Shown here: piece after piece, positions 62,567 to 64,000 of the stretch
How positions within the stretch are numbered: position 1 is the stretch's first letter
Layout of the letters: the number at the start of each line of letters is the position of its first letter
Source of the DNA: a virus
Taxonomy: Duplodnaviria > Caudoviricetes
IMG/VR virus record: IMGVR_UViG_3300036987_000310
Span: 64,001-128,000 of that record
Reading direction: 5' to 3' (one strand)
DNA length: 64,000 nt
Made by a program: the position numbers and the translations under genes
The notes under the pieces: model-generated
Database searches by the model: none
Told to the model about the DNA's origin: nothing
The model's input: only the letters and a program-made list of their open reading frames with translations

Positions 62567-62779
62567 TCAGGCGTCCATGACTTCTTCGACAGAGGCCGGA
62601 ACCTGGAGCGGACTCCCGTGCTTGTTGAACCACCTGGACCTCTTTTTCATACAACTCCCACACAGTACTACGCGACGGCCATCCGGAACCAGCGGACCCC
62701 AATGAACTAGCGTAGCGTGTTCTTCGCCACAGTTGTCTTCACACTTCCCGAAGTCTCTTCCGCCAATTGTGTCTGCCAT
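62567..62779 (-). CDS. Small Cys/His protein with C-terminal tag (VEEVMDA)
   Basis: CEDNCG..H...LCGSC. Confidence 0.55.
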   Translation of the reverse strand: MADTIGGRDFGKCEDNCGEEHATLVHWGPLVPDGRRVVLCGSCMKKRSRWFNKHGSPLQVPASVEEVMDA

Positions 62780-62843
62780 AGCCCCTTTTTACGCTCGAAA
62801 TTTTTGAATTTTCGTCATAAGACTTGAATGAAGGTGTTCAGAT

Positions 62844-63269
62844 ATGGATCCAAAAGAGTTGTCGTCCCATCTCAACGGAATTGCTGACAAGATCGATGCT
62901 TCAAAGCAGCCGAGCCGAGAGCTGGTTGCGGCAGCTCTTCGCGACACCATCGCGGCCGTGGAGCGAAACAAAGACCTGGCTAAGAAGAAGGACAAAAGCA
63001 AAGGCAAGATCAACAAAAAGGATGTTGACGCGTCGACGGCTTCTTCCATGCACATGGGGCTACTTGAAAAGTACAAGGACTTCCATGACACCGGGGCGAA
63101 CCTTATGGGGTTTCGAAACGTGGTCGTCGACGGAATTCCGGAAGACTCCCCTAACGACGTCATGGCCGCTCGGAAAGAATGTGCTGCGGCGTTTGATGCC
63201 CTCGACCAAGCCTTGAAGAACGCGCGGGCATGTTACAGCAGACTTATGGCGTCGTTGGCAGGCATATAG
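62844..63269 (+). CDS. Hypothetical protein, N-terminal paralog of 56650-56973
   Basis: MDPKELSSHLNGIADKIDASKQPSRELVAAAL; SD GAAGGT. Confidence 0.65.
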   Translation: MDPKELSSHLNGIADKIDASKQPSRELVAAALRDTIAAVERNKDLAKKKDKSKGKINKKDVDASTASSMHMGLLEKYKDFHDTGANLMGFRNVVVDGIPEDSPNDVMAARKECAAAFDALDQALKNARACYSRLMASLAGI

Positions 63270-63293
63270 CCCTCTTATGGATTGGGTTCCTTC

Positions 63294-64000
63294 ATGGAAC
63301 CCAAGTTCACCATTTACTGCCATACCCATATCGAATCAGGCCGGCGCTACATTGGGCTCACTAAGCACACGATGTTGCACCGCTGGAACCAGCACTGCGC
63401 CCAAGCCAAATATTCAAAAGGTGGGCGGTGGCATTTCCCTAATGCCATTCGCAAGTATGGGAAAGACGCTTTCTCTCATGAAGTGTTGGAAACTTGTTTA
63501 ACGCTTGAGGAGGCGAACGCCGCAGAGCAGAAGTGGATCGAGCACTTCAAGACGCGGGATCCTCAGTTCGGTTTCAATCTGGCAGAAGGAGGGTCTCACA
63601 CCCCACATCCCGCAAAGAATCCGTGGGACGATCCTGAATATCGCGCCAAAGTGGCGCCCATTCTGAAAAAATTCATCGCTGCCGGCCACACGCCCGAAGC
63701 TTTTGCTAAAATGACCGCCACCCATCGCACGCCCGAGTTCCGGGCCAAGCGATCTGAAATTTCCAAACAATTTCAGGCAGACCCCGGATATCGAGCCAAG
63801 ATGTCGCTAATTGAACAACGTTCTCATGCTAGACCGGAAGTCAAGGCAAAAATCTCACTGGCGTCGCGCAGCATTGTGAAACAGCCTGTTGACGATGCGA
63901 CTCGAACCAAACTGAGCCGCGCCGGTAAGGGCCGGCAGCTAAGCGATTCCACGAAAGCGAAGATCAGCGCTACAATGACAGGCAAGAAATATGCGATCGA
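63294..64000 (+). mobile_element. GIY-YIG homing endonuclease with NUMOD3-like repeats, 3'-truncated (not in ORF track)
   Basis: MEPKFTIYCHTHIESGRRYIGLT...RWNQH...AIRKYGKDAF..EVLE...E..WI...GFNLAEGG, then PEYRAK / PEVKAKIS / DSTKAKIS repeats; frame open to the window end. Confidence 0.88.

Noticed and set aside
1-64000. Eukaryotic giant virus or bacterial chromosome
   Set aside because: Family A polymerase, sigma-like factor, PG-binding endolysin, SD sites, tail-like genes and dense small orphan ORFs fit a large bacteriophage. No rRNA or core cellular operons are present.

Overview
A 64-kb segment of a large tailed dsDNA (jumbo-type) bacteriophage genome. It is densely coding, with mixed Shine-Dalgarno and apparently leaderless starts, and it is cut mid-gene at both ends. 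Left (1-9.6 kb): very large virion/tail proteins and a membrane-protein pair. Middle (9.7-45 kb): replication, recombination and nucleotide genes. These include an SNF2 helicase, DnaB-like helicase, primase Zn domain, family A DNA polymerase, sigma-like factor, RecA, RuvC-like, half-SbcC, DnaJ, MazG, HD hydrolase, Dam, dCMP deaminase and an endolysin. Right (45-61 kb, minus strand): a candidate undescribed system with three parts. (i) An array of nine structured RNAs sharing one module (stem / CCACUC internal loop / stem / ACAAG). The module is grafted into tRNA variable loops, wrapped around whole tRNAs, joined to a circularly permuted YrlA-like tRNA mimic, or free-standing. (ii) A Ro60/TROVE-like vWA protein and an RtcB RNA ligase. 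(iii) A ubiquitin-like set: E1/ThiF, beta-grasp Ubl ending PFG-IL, JAB protease and a putative E2. At least eight unrelated small proteins also share a C-terminal hydrophobic-x-[ED]-hydrophobic-[MHQ]-x-x-stop tag. All calls were made by eye from motifs and base-pairing; no database searches were run.
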